A DNA stretch of 64,000 nt, taken from NCBI GenBank assembly GCA_013265495.1, contig MU058636.1, positions 62,001-126,000 on the forward strand, in the 5' to 3' direction. Positions 23,963-34,461 of the stretch are shown here, in pieces (position 1 is the stretch's first letter; the number at the start of each line of letters is the position of its first letter). A program made the translations under genes and the position numbers. Source of the stretch: Vicugna vicugna (taxonomy: Eukaryota). The notes beneath the pieces are model-generated. The model searched no databases. It was not told the origin of the DNA and saw nothing but the letters and a program-made list of their open reading frames with translations.

Positions 23963-25819
23963 TCACAACTTTTTGGCACCATCGTGGCACGACGCCGCGG
24001 CCCGGAGGGTGGTCCCGGCCAAGCCCCGGCTGCTGACCCTGCGGACCAGCACTTTGGACACCGGGATTTTTGTTCTGGGCATCTCGCTCCTGGCTGGCTG
24101 CTGGTGCACGGCCGGATGGCTGGATGGCAGGGTCGCGAGGTGCTTGATGCTGACAGGGATCTTGGAGTCCTTCAGCAAGCTGCCCGGCGTCCGCAGCGGG
24201 CACGTGATGGTGCCCGGGGACACGGGTTTCAGCCGGGACAAGCTGGACGCCTCCTCGCTGGCGGCGGGAAGGGCTGCGGGGCTTCCCTCGGGCTCCACGT
24301 GGAGATCGTAGAGCGCGTCGCCGCTGTCGCTGTCCCGGGGGAGGCCCGCCTTCCTCGCGCCGCCCGAGCTGTCCTCCTCGGGCCCAGGGGTGCTGGAGTC
24401 CCAGTGGCCCTCGTCACCGTTGGGGGCGCCTTCCGGAGGCTCCTTCTCCGGGTGCTGGGGCTCCTCCTTGGCGGGGAGCTCCGCGGGGATGCGGTTGAGC
24501 CTCCGGCGCTTGACCGAGGACGCGTCCTGGGCACCCTCCGCACACCTGGCGTCTCTGGGGGTCTCGGGTGCCACCGGGGTTTCTGGCGCTGCGGCCGCTG
24601 TGGCCGCCCCCTCCTGGGGCCCTGATCCCTGGTCCTCGGTCTGGGAGAGCATGTCCCAGAATTCCTGCAGGTAGGAGTCGTCCGCCTCGGCCGGGCTCGC
24701 CATCTCCTCCCCGCCTCCTTGGTAGGCCACCACGCCCGGGGTCTTTTTGGAGGGGGCTGGCTGACCTGGCCCGGGGGCATGCTTGGCACAGCTGGGACCT
24801 GCCTCGTCCTCGGGGTCTGCGATAATATCTCCGCAGCCTGTAAGAGAGTCAAAGCTTTTCAATGAAGTCACGTCAGAAAACATCAGACAAATACGATCGG
24901 CCGATGGGTCTGAGGGTGGATCGACCGAGGAAGGGTCAGGGGCGGCGGGCGCGCGGCCGCCTTCGGAGTCGGCCCGGGGCGCAGTCTCGGCCGGCGCGTC
25001 CCCGGGCCCGGAGACGTTCTCGGCCGGCCGGCCCTCACCGGCGCGCGGCTCGGGGGGCGCGCGGGGCTGCTCGGCGCGCCCCGGCCCCGCGGCGCCCTCT
25101 CCNNNNNNNNNNNNNNNNNNNNNNNNNNNNNNNNNNNNNNNNNNNNNNNNNNNNNNNNNNNNNNNNNNNNNNNNNNNNNNNNNNNNNNNNNNNNNNNNNN
25201 NNNNNNNNNNNNNNNNNNNNNNNNNNNNNNNNNNNNNNNNNNNNNNNNNNNNNNNNNNNNNNNNNNNNNNNNNNNNNNNNNNNNNNNNNNNNNNNNNNNN
25301 NNNNNNNNNNNNNNNNNNNNNNNNNNNNNNNNNNNNNNNNNNNNNNNNNNNNNNNNNNNNNNNNNNNNNNNNNNNNNNNNNNNNNNNNNNNNNNNNNNNN
25401 NNNNNNNNNNNNNNNNNNNNNNNNNNNNNNNNNNNNNNNNNNNNNNNNNNNNNNNNNNNNNNNNNNNNNNNNCGCGGCTCCTCGCGGCGGCCGCCCTCCA
25501 GCACCAGCGCCTCGGCCAGCCCGTCGTGCGTCCGGCTCCTCACCAGCCCCTCCGGCCCCGCGCCCTTCCCGTCCCCTTTGTTTTTGACCCCGAAGATGCT
25601 GGGCATGGTGCCACCCGGCTTCCTCTTCTTGAACAGTTTGAAAGCCGCTTTATTAATCTTCCCCGACGGCGGCTCGGCGGCCGGCGTTTCGGCGGCGCAA
25701 TCACAATGCAAGTCCATGTCTGCCGCGAGGGTCCCGGCCGCGGCCCGCGCCTTCCTCCTGCAGCCCCCCGCGGCCGCGCGCCCGCCGCTGACAGCCGCGC
25801 CGCGCCCGCCCGTCTCCAT
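23963..25819 (-). CDS. AMER2: APC membrane recruitment protein 2 (FAM123A), single coding exon; 25103-25472 is an N gap
   Basis: The translation contains AMER2-diagnostic blocks: MDLHCDCAAETPAAEPPSGKINKAAFKLFKKRK, VRSRTHDGLAE, DRICLMFSDVTSLKSFDSLTGCGDIIAD, VVAYQGGGEEMASP, YLQEFWDMLSQTE, SGDALYDL, and C-terminal SKIP/TKIP ending in CHDGAKKL-stop. The frame is consistent across the gap (2+370 nt = 124 codons). Confidence 0.98.
   Translation of the reverse strand: METGGRGAAVSGGRAAAGGCRRKARAAAGTLAADMDLHCDCAAETPAAEPPSGKINKAAFKLFKKRKPGGTMPSIFGVKNKGDGKGAGPEGLVRSRTHDGLAEALVLEGGRREEPXXXXXXXXXXXXXXXXXXXXXXXXXXXXXXXXXXXXXXXXXXXXXXXXXXXXXXXXXXXXXXXXXXXXXXXXXXXXXXXXXXXXXXXXXXXXXXXXXXXXXXXXXXXXXXXXXXXXXXXXXXXXGEGAAGPGRAEQPRAPPEPRAGEGRPAENVSGPGDAPAETAPRADSEGGRAPAAPDPSSVDPPSDPSADRICLMFSDVTSLKSFDSLTGCGDIIADPEDEAGPSCAKHAPGPGQPAPSKKTPGVVAYQGGGEEMASPAEADDSYLQEFWDMLSQTEDQGSGPQEGAATAAAAPETPVAPETPRDARCAEGAQDASSVKRRRLNRIPAELPAKEEPQHPEKEPPEGAPNGDEGHWDSSTPGPEEDSSGGARKAGLPRDSDSGDALYDLHVEPEGSPAALPAASEEASSLSRLKPVSPGTITCPLRTPGSLLKDSKIPVSIKHLATLPSSHPAVHQQPARSEMPRTKIPVSKVLVRRVSSRGLAGTTLRAAASCHDGAKKL
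24059..24169 (-). other. AMER2: Two SxIP-type EB1-binding motifs (DSKIPV, RTKIPV) in the AMER2 C-terminus
   Basis: Seen in the translation. EB1 binding by AMER2 through these motifs is established knowledge. Confidence 0.85.
25103..25472. other. Assembly gap (370 N) in the most GC-rich part of AMER2
   Basis: Run of N characters. Confidence 1.
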
Positions 25820-25842
25820 GGAAACGGCGGCGGAGCCTGTCG

Positions 25843-25938
25843 TCAGCGCGGCCCGCGGCCCCGGCCCCCGCGCTCCGAGTCGGCCCGAGCCGCGCCGCCG
25901 CCGCCGCCGCTGCAGGATGAACGCGCAGAAAAGACCAT
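25843..25938 (-). other. Candidate uORF (31 aa) upstream of AMER2
   Basis: gagATGg ... TGA, hand-translated as MVFSARSSCSGGGGGAARADSERGGRGRGPR*. It ends 23 nt before the main ATG. Confidence 0.5.
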
Positions 25939-27221
25939 CTCGCCTCCCGCCGGGGCTTACATAACGCGCTAACCCACTTCGCGGCCGGCCCGGCTTTGTG
26001 CTGCGGCGTTTTCTGCGGCGCGAGCGGGCGGCAGAGCCGAGCCGATGGCAGCGGCTAGAGTCGGAACGTTAGGATGCACATTCCAGCCAGTCTCACCACC
26101 TTCGGATTCCGCCTCCTGACTTGCCCTGGCCGGAAGCCCCGTGGTGCAGCACAAAATGCCCCCCAAAGGACAAAAACATTCCACCCCCCACAAAACGCTT
26201 GTTTCTCTTATCACCCATCCTGGACATCGTGAATCTTCGTGCCTTTCCCACGCCCTTCGTGTCCGGCTTTACCGTTCGGGTACCAAGCCCAGCCGGCGCG
26301 GAGGATGTCTGTTTACAGCTGTCTTGTCCAGTGCTGAGCACGGTCTCCAGGTCGATGCTGAATTCGTATTACACTGGTTTTCATTCTCGCTGCAAAAGCG
26401 TCGGCCATCAGTCAGACAGACACCAGCCAGCAGCTCTCTGCAATGAAAGTGCAAGTTCCGTGGGGTGGAAGTTGACTGCTCCTCTGCGACAACGTTGGCT
26501 TTTATCCCAGGCTCCAGCTACTGGGGCTGAGGTCACAGAAGCCACCACCCAGACTGCATTTCGTAGCAGGGGACGGAGCTGAGGATGGAGGACCCAGTTT
26601 GAGACATTCAGGTCCACTCCACAGGTGATCCTTGGACTCCAGGGCTACCCTCTCCTTTTCCATTCAGCAGGACCTCTGCTGCTGCCACCCCTGCTCACAT
26701 CTCCCAGGGCTGTCCTGCAGCCCCCTCCCCTATGGGGCAAGGAAAAATCTGGCAGGGCCCCTGAATGCCCAGAAGTCTCTGCAGCTACTTGGTCTGGGGA
26801 AAAGGAAAACCTTGTCCCAGGGAACAGCCCAATCTGGGGATCTTTTCTGTGTTGACTTTGAAGGTGACTGCTAATACGGTAACCTTGACACCTATTTCAT
26901 GATCCTGGCTGAGGGCTTATTAGCAAAAAAAGAAGAAATTTGGAGGAGCATGTGATTACATGTGATTTATATAATATTATTTAGTAATATTATGTAATAA
27001 ATATGTAATAATAGTATTTATTACACAGCATCTATTGTTATTCATTAAATATTTAATAATGTGTGATATTGACATATATACAAATGACAAATAGACACAA
27101 CTTGTGGCTTCTGCTGGAGACTTGTGCACGCTTGTCTTTTCTGCACAAGTGAGTGTCATTGGAGGAGGATAATCAAAACAAGAGAACTAGAGCAACGTAG
27201 GAAGAATCATTTGTGAGCCCA

Positions 27222-27325
27222 CCGTCGTCATCGTCATCCTCATCACCATCATCAGCAGCATCATCTTCATCACCATCATCACCACCAACATCATCACCAG
27301 CATCAGCATCAGCATCAGCATCCAA
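27222..27325. repeat. Imperfect (CAT)n/(CATCAG)n trinucleotide repeat
   Basis: Directly visible. Confidence 0.9.
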
Positions 27326-28479
27326 CCAGCTTGACCCCTGCCTTTGTCCTAGGATTCTTGACTGGAATTTTCTATCTTAAGGGAACCACCCAGAACATAA
27401 CATGGAGAAGGCTGCCCTCCAAGCAGAGCTGCCCAGGCCACACTATTTCCATTAAGGAGATGGCAGGCTCTACCCTAAATTCGTCTCAGGTCTTTAAAGG
27501 GATAATGTTTAATCAATGAAGTTTGGAAATGATACTTGACTTGGGACCAGTACCTCCCAACCTCAGACTGCCCTGGACCCCAGTCTGTTCGGAAATGCCA
27601 GCTCCCCACACTTGTCTATCTGCACTCCCACCCCTGTGATTATCCTCCGGGGCGGGCTTCAGATGTCCTGAGATGCAAGTGGAGACCCTCAGCTGTGCTC
27701 CAACCCAAGGTCCTTGTATGGGGACCATCAGGAAGAGCCCCAGCTAGTCAGCCTGACCCTCACCCCAGAGTCCACTCCATTCACATGTCCCAGGGCTGTC
27801 CCTGCCCTCTGAGGGATGCCGTGGGCCTCATGCTAGCAGAGACCACAAGGTGAAGTCCACAGTTGCCAAGAGAGACATGAGTGGGTGCCCGGCCAGGGGT
27901 CCACGCTGCCAGTCCACTCCTGTGCCCGCCTTCCTGGGGAGGACAAGACTCTGGGCCAGGGCTGGAGGGACGGTGACTAGAGGGGCTGCAGCACAGGAAG
28001 TCCTGAGCTAGACTGAAGTTACTCTGTTTTCTTTTTCATATTTTGATTCCTGATTTCCCCAAACTTCAGCTTTCACTGTAGCTTAATAGTTGCTCTGGGC
28101 ATAGGCTTACTCAGAGGAGAAACTCCTTTCTAAGCAGTGACCTGCAGGTGTGAAAAGCCCAGCCTGACTGGTAAGTTTCCCCATTACCTTGGTGCATCCC
28201 TGGGGCTGCAGAGGGAAACGAGCTTGTCCCACAGAGAGCCCCTTGCAGGCTCTGCAGTGACCGGGAAGCTCAGTGCGTGAGGTGGTCTGGGCTCAGCAGG
28301 TCCTCATCACCTCGGCCTGGCCCCCGTGGGCTTGGACTTGGATCCTGGGGCCAGGGGGTGTGCCACGGAAGGCCAGATACAGGCCAAATGAGTGCTTCTC
28401 CATAATGCCCAAGGGCCCCGGTGCAGGGGCCATGTGGCAGCTGGCAGCCCTGCATTTGGATGTCAGTGTGCCTCTCCAG

Positions 28480-28760
28480 TGGCCTCTGGTGACGGCCACC
28501 ATCATTGGTGTCCCTTGGCTTCCAGACTCATCATCCTAAACTCTGCTTTCATCTTCATACAATATTGTTTGTGCCTCTTCCCTTCTTATAAGGACACCAG
28601 TCACAGTGGGTTCAGGGCCCACCCTCCTCCTTGACCTCATCTTAACTTAAATCTTAGCCACATCTCCAAAGACCCTGTTTCCAAACAAGGTCACTTTCAC
28701 AGGTACCAGGGGTTAGGACGTCAACATATCTTTGGGGGGGGCACAGTTCAACCCACAACA
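28480..28760. mobile_element. MaLR LTR (MLT1-like)
   Basis: Contains cttataaggacaccagtca, gacctcatcttaact, aaagaccctgtttccaaacaaggtcac and ggggcacagttcaacccacaaca, all typical of an MLT1 terminus. Confidence 0.8.
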
Positions 28761-31700
28761 AGCATTATTATCACCGGTGGTGACAGCACCCACCTCCCCT
28801 CTGTTCTTCAGTGCAGACTCGGTGCCCTTGGCACAGACATTCATGTGAGTGGGTTCAGACAGGGCATGGACTGCTCTAGCAAGGGAGGTGGGGCTTGGCA
28901 GATTTCAAAGTCATGGAGATGCCAGCAGTGAGGGGCAGTACCACTGCCAGCCAGAGTAAACAAGAGAGAAAATGCTGTTGGCCACGGAGACAGGGTCTTG
29001 GCATCCATTTGTGAGACCCGGGGTCTCAGGATTGTCCAGGAGGAACTTAACCCAATAATTGCCTTTTCTCCTGGTCTGCTGTCTGGCTGGGGTTACTTTT
29101 AGAGAATATTCTATCTCAGATGACAGAGTGTGATGGAGGGGGTCTCTTCAAGCTGCGGCACCAAGGTGGCAGCAGGGAAGCCAAAAGCAGGCAGAATGAG
29201 GCCAGATAGCAGAGGTGTGCGGAGACACGCCAGCCTTGGGCACGGATGCACACACCTAGGGAAGGCCAGACTCGGCAGTGGGAAGCAGCGATCCCAGCAG
29301 GGATGCTCACCAGAACCAGAGTCCAGGCATTCTGGGTGTCACGGGCCCACAGGTGTCAGTGAGGCAGCCAGGCACAGGAACTCGAGAGGGCGAGTCTGGA
29401 GGGGCTGCAGGAAAGGACCAGAAGCCCAAGCACTGGCCCCCGTGTGCGTTTGCTCGACTTACAGGCACTCTGCCCTGCATCTGCATCTTGAAGCAGCATC
29501 ACACACAGGGTTGGTCCGGCCCTCCCAGCAGACAGACCACGTGCAGAACCATGTGTCTAGCTCAGGCAGGCTGGTCCCCCCTTCCACTCTGCCTCTGTTT
29601 CCCCTCATCACACCCGTGCCTGACTCCTGTGCAGTCGCTGCCCACCTTCTCAGCCCCGCCTCCATCACCCACCCCACTCTATTCAGACCATTTAGCCTTC
29701 TCCTTTGAAGAGACTATTTTTTGTTCAAAACAAATACATTTAGTAAATGAGACAAGGAAAGTAAGTACAGGACTGTGGTTATCGCCACCTCCGGTGTCTT
29801 AGGAAGGGCCTTGGGTTGGCCTTAGCTGCATCCACGTGCATTTCTTTGCATCTGGTGGGCGCTGGGGGTGGGCACAAATCAAGCAGGATGCCAGCCCGGA
29901 TGGCGACCAGGAGGCTCCTCAGTGTGAACCTCTCCACCTGGTCAGATTGGCAGTCCCTCCTTCTGTCCCAGGTGCTGGGCCCGTGTGATGGGGCCTTGGC
30001 CGCTTACGTGGTCGATTTTTCTCCTTTGGGAGAAAAAACAAAACCAGCCCTCTGTTTTCCTCCATGATGGGTTGGTCCCCAAAGAGCGGGCTTACTTCTG
30101 CCCCAGATGCCGACCACCTCCTGGGCTTCCTTCTTGGTCTTTGGACTCAGCCCCTGATCCGGCTTCACACAGTCTCCATTCATGTGTCCTTTGCCATCTA
30201 CCACAACAAGGGGACGTTTTTTCAAAAGCCAGAAATCTCAGCAGATGAATTCATTCTGGGATGTTTCCTGGACATGCACCAGTGAGCTCATTAGCAGAAG
30301 CTAATAGCAGGAGGCTTCCCCCGCCCCATTCTCTTTTTCTTTCCTTTTTTTGTTTTGTTTTGTTTTGTTTGTTTCTTTTCAGCAAAGAGCAGGCTCATGT
30401 GATCTCGTCCCGGTGGCTCTCATTCCTGTATGTTCAGGGCGCAGGGACTAAAATCACCCTCAGGAAGGGAGGGCTGTGCTTTCGAAACACGCACACTTCT
30501 TAGGAGTGTCTGCTTTTATTCAGCGGAGGACTGAAGCTCACATGGGAGATTTCTAGGTCAGCTTCACTCGGCTCTAAGAAAAGAAAAGTCTAGCCAAAAA
30601 GAACAGCAAAACTGTGGCCTGGGCTTTCTGGAGTGTCTGATGAGCCAATTATTACAGCTCAGATTAGGAAGGGATTAACCCCCGAGGTTGGACAGATGGA
30701 GAACGCTATTAAAGTACCCCATGGGGGGCTTCAGAGTGGGTAGCAAAGTGACCACCTGTCCCTGTTTCTTGGCTCAGTCTGTCCTTGTTCAGGGCCCCGG
30801 GACCCCGTCCTTGACGCTTGTATGGGGAGACAGTGAATTGCCCCCGGCTCGCCAGGGACCCCTGCCCTCCTGTTTCTCTCTGTCTGTGTCTTGTGCCCTG
30901 CCCTGGAATGACCTGGTAAGAAGCGTTCAGCTGACTTGCAAGTGACTTTGGGGTTGTTATCTCTCGGGGCCCTGGGGAACAGTCTGGGACATTTTATCAG
31001 ATCACAGCACACAGGAAGGCTTCAGTTCCAGGCCTCCTTTTCTTTGTGAACTCTTGAATAGACAACTCCTTTCTTGATCCCTGAATGCAGGGGCTGCATC
31101 GGCTGTTTCTCTGTCTCAGACGCTGGAGAGGAGTGAAGTGAGATCTGTTCTGGGTCTTTTCGCCTTTTGCCCCTGCGTTTGGGGCAGTGGGGACAATCTG
31201 GGCACGTGACTGGGCAAGGAACCTGAGAGGGGAGGGCCTCGTGCTGCAGCCTTCAATTCATAGGCAGAAAGGTATTGGAAGCAGCCCGTTCAATAATTAC
31301 TAGGCCATTTGGCTCTTCTGCTTCAAGGCCGCTGTCTTGCAGAAATGGTGATGCTGACCTCATGAGAATGGGTCTGGGAACATTAGTGGTTGATGAGAAA
31401 ACATTATGGCAGATGAAATACGTTGGGTGATCTCGAAACTGTAATGATTCAGCCGGGTGAGGACGTCTGGCTTATCTGTCAAGCTCAAGTCTAGGCGCAA
31501 GAGCAGGATACCAAGCACACCCGCAGCTCCTCCCCCGAGGACGCGGCCCCAGCGCGACGGGACAGGGCCTCACCGCAGCGCTGCGCAAGCAGCCGTCCCG
31601 CGACCCGGAGGCCCCAGGGAAGGGGCCTCACCCCGCCCAGAGGCAGTCCGCTCCTTGCCTGGACAGCGCTGTTCGTCGTTCTCTCATAACACTGGGTTGC

Positions 31701-31810
31701 TCTGTGCCTTCACGGCTTGTCTCCCTTGGTCCCAGCTCTACCCCAGCTTTGTGCAGGGAGTGTTGTCTGAAGTGATTCTCATGCACTCAATTACTTAACC
31801 CCGCAGTCTA

Positions 31811-31902
31811 GGGGGGAGGGTGTGGCTCGGCGGTAGCGCACGTGCTTACCGAGCACGAGGCCCTGGGTTCCATCCCCGGCGCCTCCATCTGGAAAAAGAA
31901 AA
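31811..31902 (+). mobile_element. vic-1-like SINE, strongly GC-shifted copy
   Basis: Colinear with the other copies in the window over ~74 bp of tRNA head, followed by an A-rich tail. Confidence 0.85.
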
Positions 31903-32044
31903 CCCCCCACAGCCATCACATGAGGTCGGCCCTCCTTCTGTTACAGAAGAAGAAACGGGACAAAGGAGGTAAGTGACCGCCCCCAGTAAGCGGGGCAAAG
32001 CAGCAGGCGCCGCAGACCCCAATCCCGGCCACTGTTCGCGATAT

Positions 32045-32470
32045 TTATTGCTGAATAACATTCCTCTTCAAAATTTAGTGGCTTAAAACAATGACCATTT
32101 TCTTTGCTCAGAATTCTGTGGGTCTGATATTTCAGCAGGGCTCAGCTAGGTGGACCTTCTGCCACATTTGGTACCCCCCGAGGTCACTCTGGGACTGCAC
32201 TGTGATGGCAGCTAGGACATGCAGGTGGCTTCACACATCTGGAACCCGGCAGGGACAGCTGGACGGGTCCACGCAGCTCTTGCCAAGAGACTAGCTCGTG
32301 CCTCTTTTCATGACAACTGGACCCCAAAGCCAGCATTTCAGTCTGCAAAGGCGAAGTCTGCATCCCTGCTAAAGCCCGGAAGTGATCCGACACCACATCC
32401 ACCAAATTCTACTGGCCAACACAGGTCTCAGGGCAGCCTCGCTCCAAGAGCAGGATAACGAAACTCCACC
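32045..32470. mobile_element. Old MLT1-like LTR fragment
   Basis: caaaatttagtggcttaaaacaa...tctgtgggtc...cagggctcagctagg. Confidence 0.6.
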
Positions 32471-33687
32471 TCTTTACTGAAGAAGGGCAAGACCGTAACA
32501 CAAAAGAGCACCGGAGATGAGCGAGGTTGTGGCCCTCGGGGAAGCACCATCCACCAAACCACAGCACCACGCCGCCTCTACAGATGGTGCGTCCACACAC
32601 CCTTCCAGGTGACCCCTCTCCAGGTCATCAAAACTACATTCCCCAAGTATCTGTGAGTCTTCTGTTCTTTTAGGATTAGCCTTGTGCCTTCAACTCTACC
32701 TTATGAGATGTGGCGCCACGCTGTCCTTCTCTGATGTGCCCAGAGCTGAATGTCACGGTCCAGAGTGTGTCTCAGCAGGTGCAAAGCAGAAGGACCATCG
32801 TCCCCTGCCTTCCGGCTCTGGATGCTAGATCAGATGGGACTTGCTGTCTGCCACACAGCATCACATAGAAATTCTGCCGCCTGAAATCCCATGCCCCCCA
32901 GCTCTGTCCTGGTGCAATTGTTCTGAGGGACCCAAGCTCAGTTCCACTGTATGAAATCCAGCCTGGCACTCTGACTGACTGAGCCTGTCTGGATCCTGAT
33001 TTGGTCTTCCACCGTGTTCACACCCCCTCCCAGCTTAGCATCAAACCCACATTTGACTCACAACTCAGTTTCTCTGTTTACATCTTCTGCCACCTGTTCA
33101 GAGGCAAGAACAAAGCCCTGGGGGAAGACCACGAAGAGCCTCTCTCCACATGAAAATTCAGCCACTGAGCTGCAACTCTGCAGACTGATGGGACAGTGGC
33201 TCACTGGTTATGGCACCAACTTGTCTTTGCATCCATCCCCCACCTCTTGGCATTTGGCATAGGAACCACTGCCAGCACTTTGCCCAGGTTCCAGAAACTC
33301 CCTGCTCCATGCCCTCCCCTGGTGTGCCACCACCAAGATTCTGGCAGCACAAGAAGTTAGATCGGCCTGAATTTCTCACGGAGCCACCCAAGACGCCTGG
33401 TGAGTGCAAATTCCCCTCCCCTATCACGCCTTTAGCACACCTCATCCGCCCACTGCCCGTCTGAACACCCCCTCCCTGTCCACCTGTCTGCAGCCCGCCA
33501 GCACCTCTCCTGGGCTCCAGAGTCCCTCAGAGAGGACCTCAGGGGTGCACTCACTGAATTAATCACAGCGCCACCTAGAGCCTGATCCTCTCACGAATCT
33601 GGGTCAGGAGGTATAGAGTTAGGATGGCTGGTCCTGGCTGCTCCTTTCCTGAAGCGTGGGCTCCTGCTCCCCTCAGTCTTAACTGCA

Positions 33688-34461
33688 CAGCAACGTGGAT
33701 GGGCCTGGAGACGGTCATTCTAAGCAAAATAAGCCAGAAAGAGAAAGAAAAATACTATATGATATCACTCATTTGTGGAATCTAAAAAAAAAAAAAACGC
33801 AAATGAACTTATTTACAAAACAGAAATAGAAAACACACTTACAGTTACCGGGGGGAAAAGGGGTGGGAAGGGATAAATTGGGAGTTCAAGATTTGCGGAT
33901 ACTAATTACTATATATAGAATAGTTCACGGCAGCACTATATACAATAGACAAGACATGGAAGCAACTTAAATGTCCATCAACAGATGATAAAGAAGTTAT
34001 GGTATATATATACAATCGAATACTACTCAGCCACAAAAAAGAATGAAATAATGTCATTTGCAGCAACATGGATGGACCTAGAGATTATCCTTAAGTGAAA
34101 TAAGTCAGACAGAGAAAGACAAATATCACACGCTATTACTTACATGTGGAATCTTAAAAAATGATACAAACGAACTTATTTACAAAACAGAAAGAGAGTC
34201 ATAGACATAGAAAACAAACTTATGGTTACCGGGGGGAATGTGGGGGGGATATATTAGGAATTTGGGACTACCAGATACAAACAACTATAAATAAAATAGG
34301 TAAACAACAAAGTCCTACTGTAGAACACAGGGAATTCTATTCAATAGCTTGTAATAACCTATAATGAAAAAGAATATACATATATGTGTATATGCGTAAC
34401 TGAATCACTATGCCGTATGTCAGAAGCTAACACAACACTGTAAATCAATTATACTTCAATA
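33688..34461 (+). mobile_element. L1 3' region, two overlapping fragments in tandem
   Basis: The end-of-ORF2 motif gcaacatggatggacctagagatt occurs twice. The terminus is gtaaatcaattatacttcaataa. Confidence 0.88.

Larger units (their letters stand above)
23790..26070. promoter_or_regulatory. CpG island covering the AMER2 promoter, 5' UTR and CDS
   Basis: Very GC- and CpG-dense sequence, including a (GCC)5 run at ~25894-25909. Boundaries estimated by eye. Confidence 0.9.

Noticed and set aside
24783..25964. 393-aa plus-strand ORF and other long ORFs overlapping AMER2 (23918-24625, 23394-24203, 24862-25587)
   Set aside because: These are shadow frames of a GC-rich CDS, partly inflated by the N gap, with no recognisable protein features.
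26318..26340. REST/RE1-like half sites near the promoter (also 6972-6980 and 38642-38660)
   Set aside because: The spacing or the second half-site does not fit TTCAGCACCnnGGACAG.
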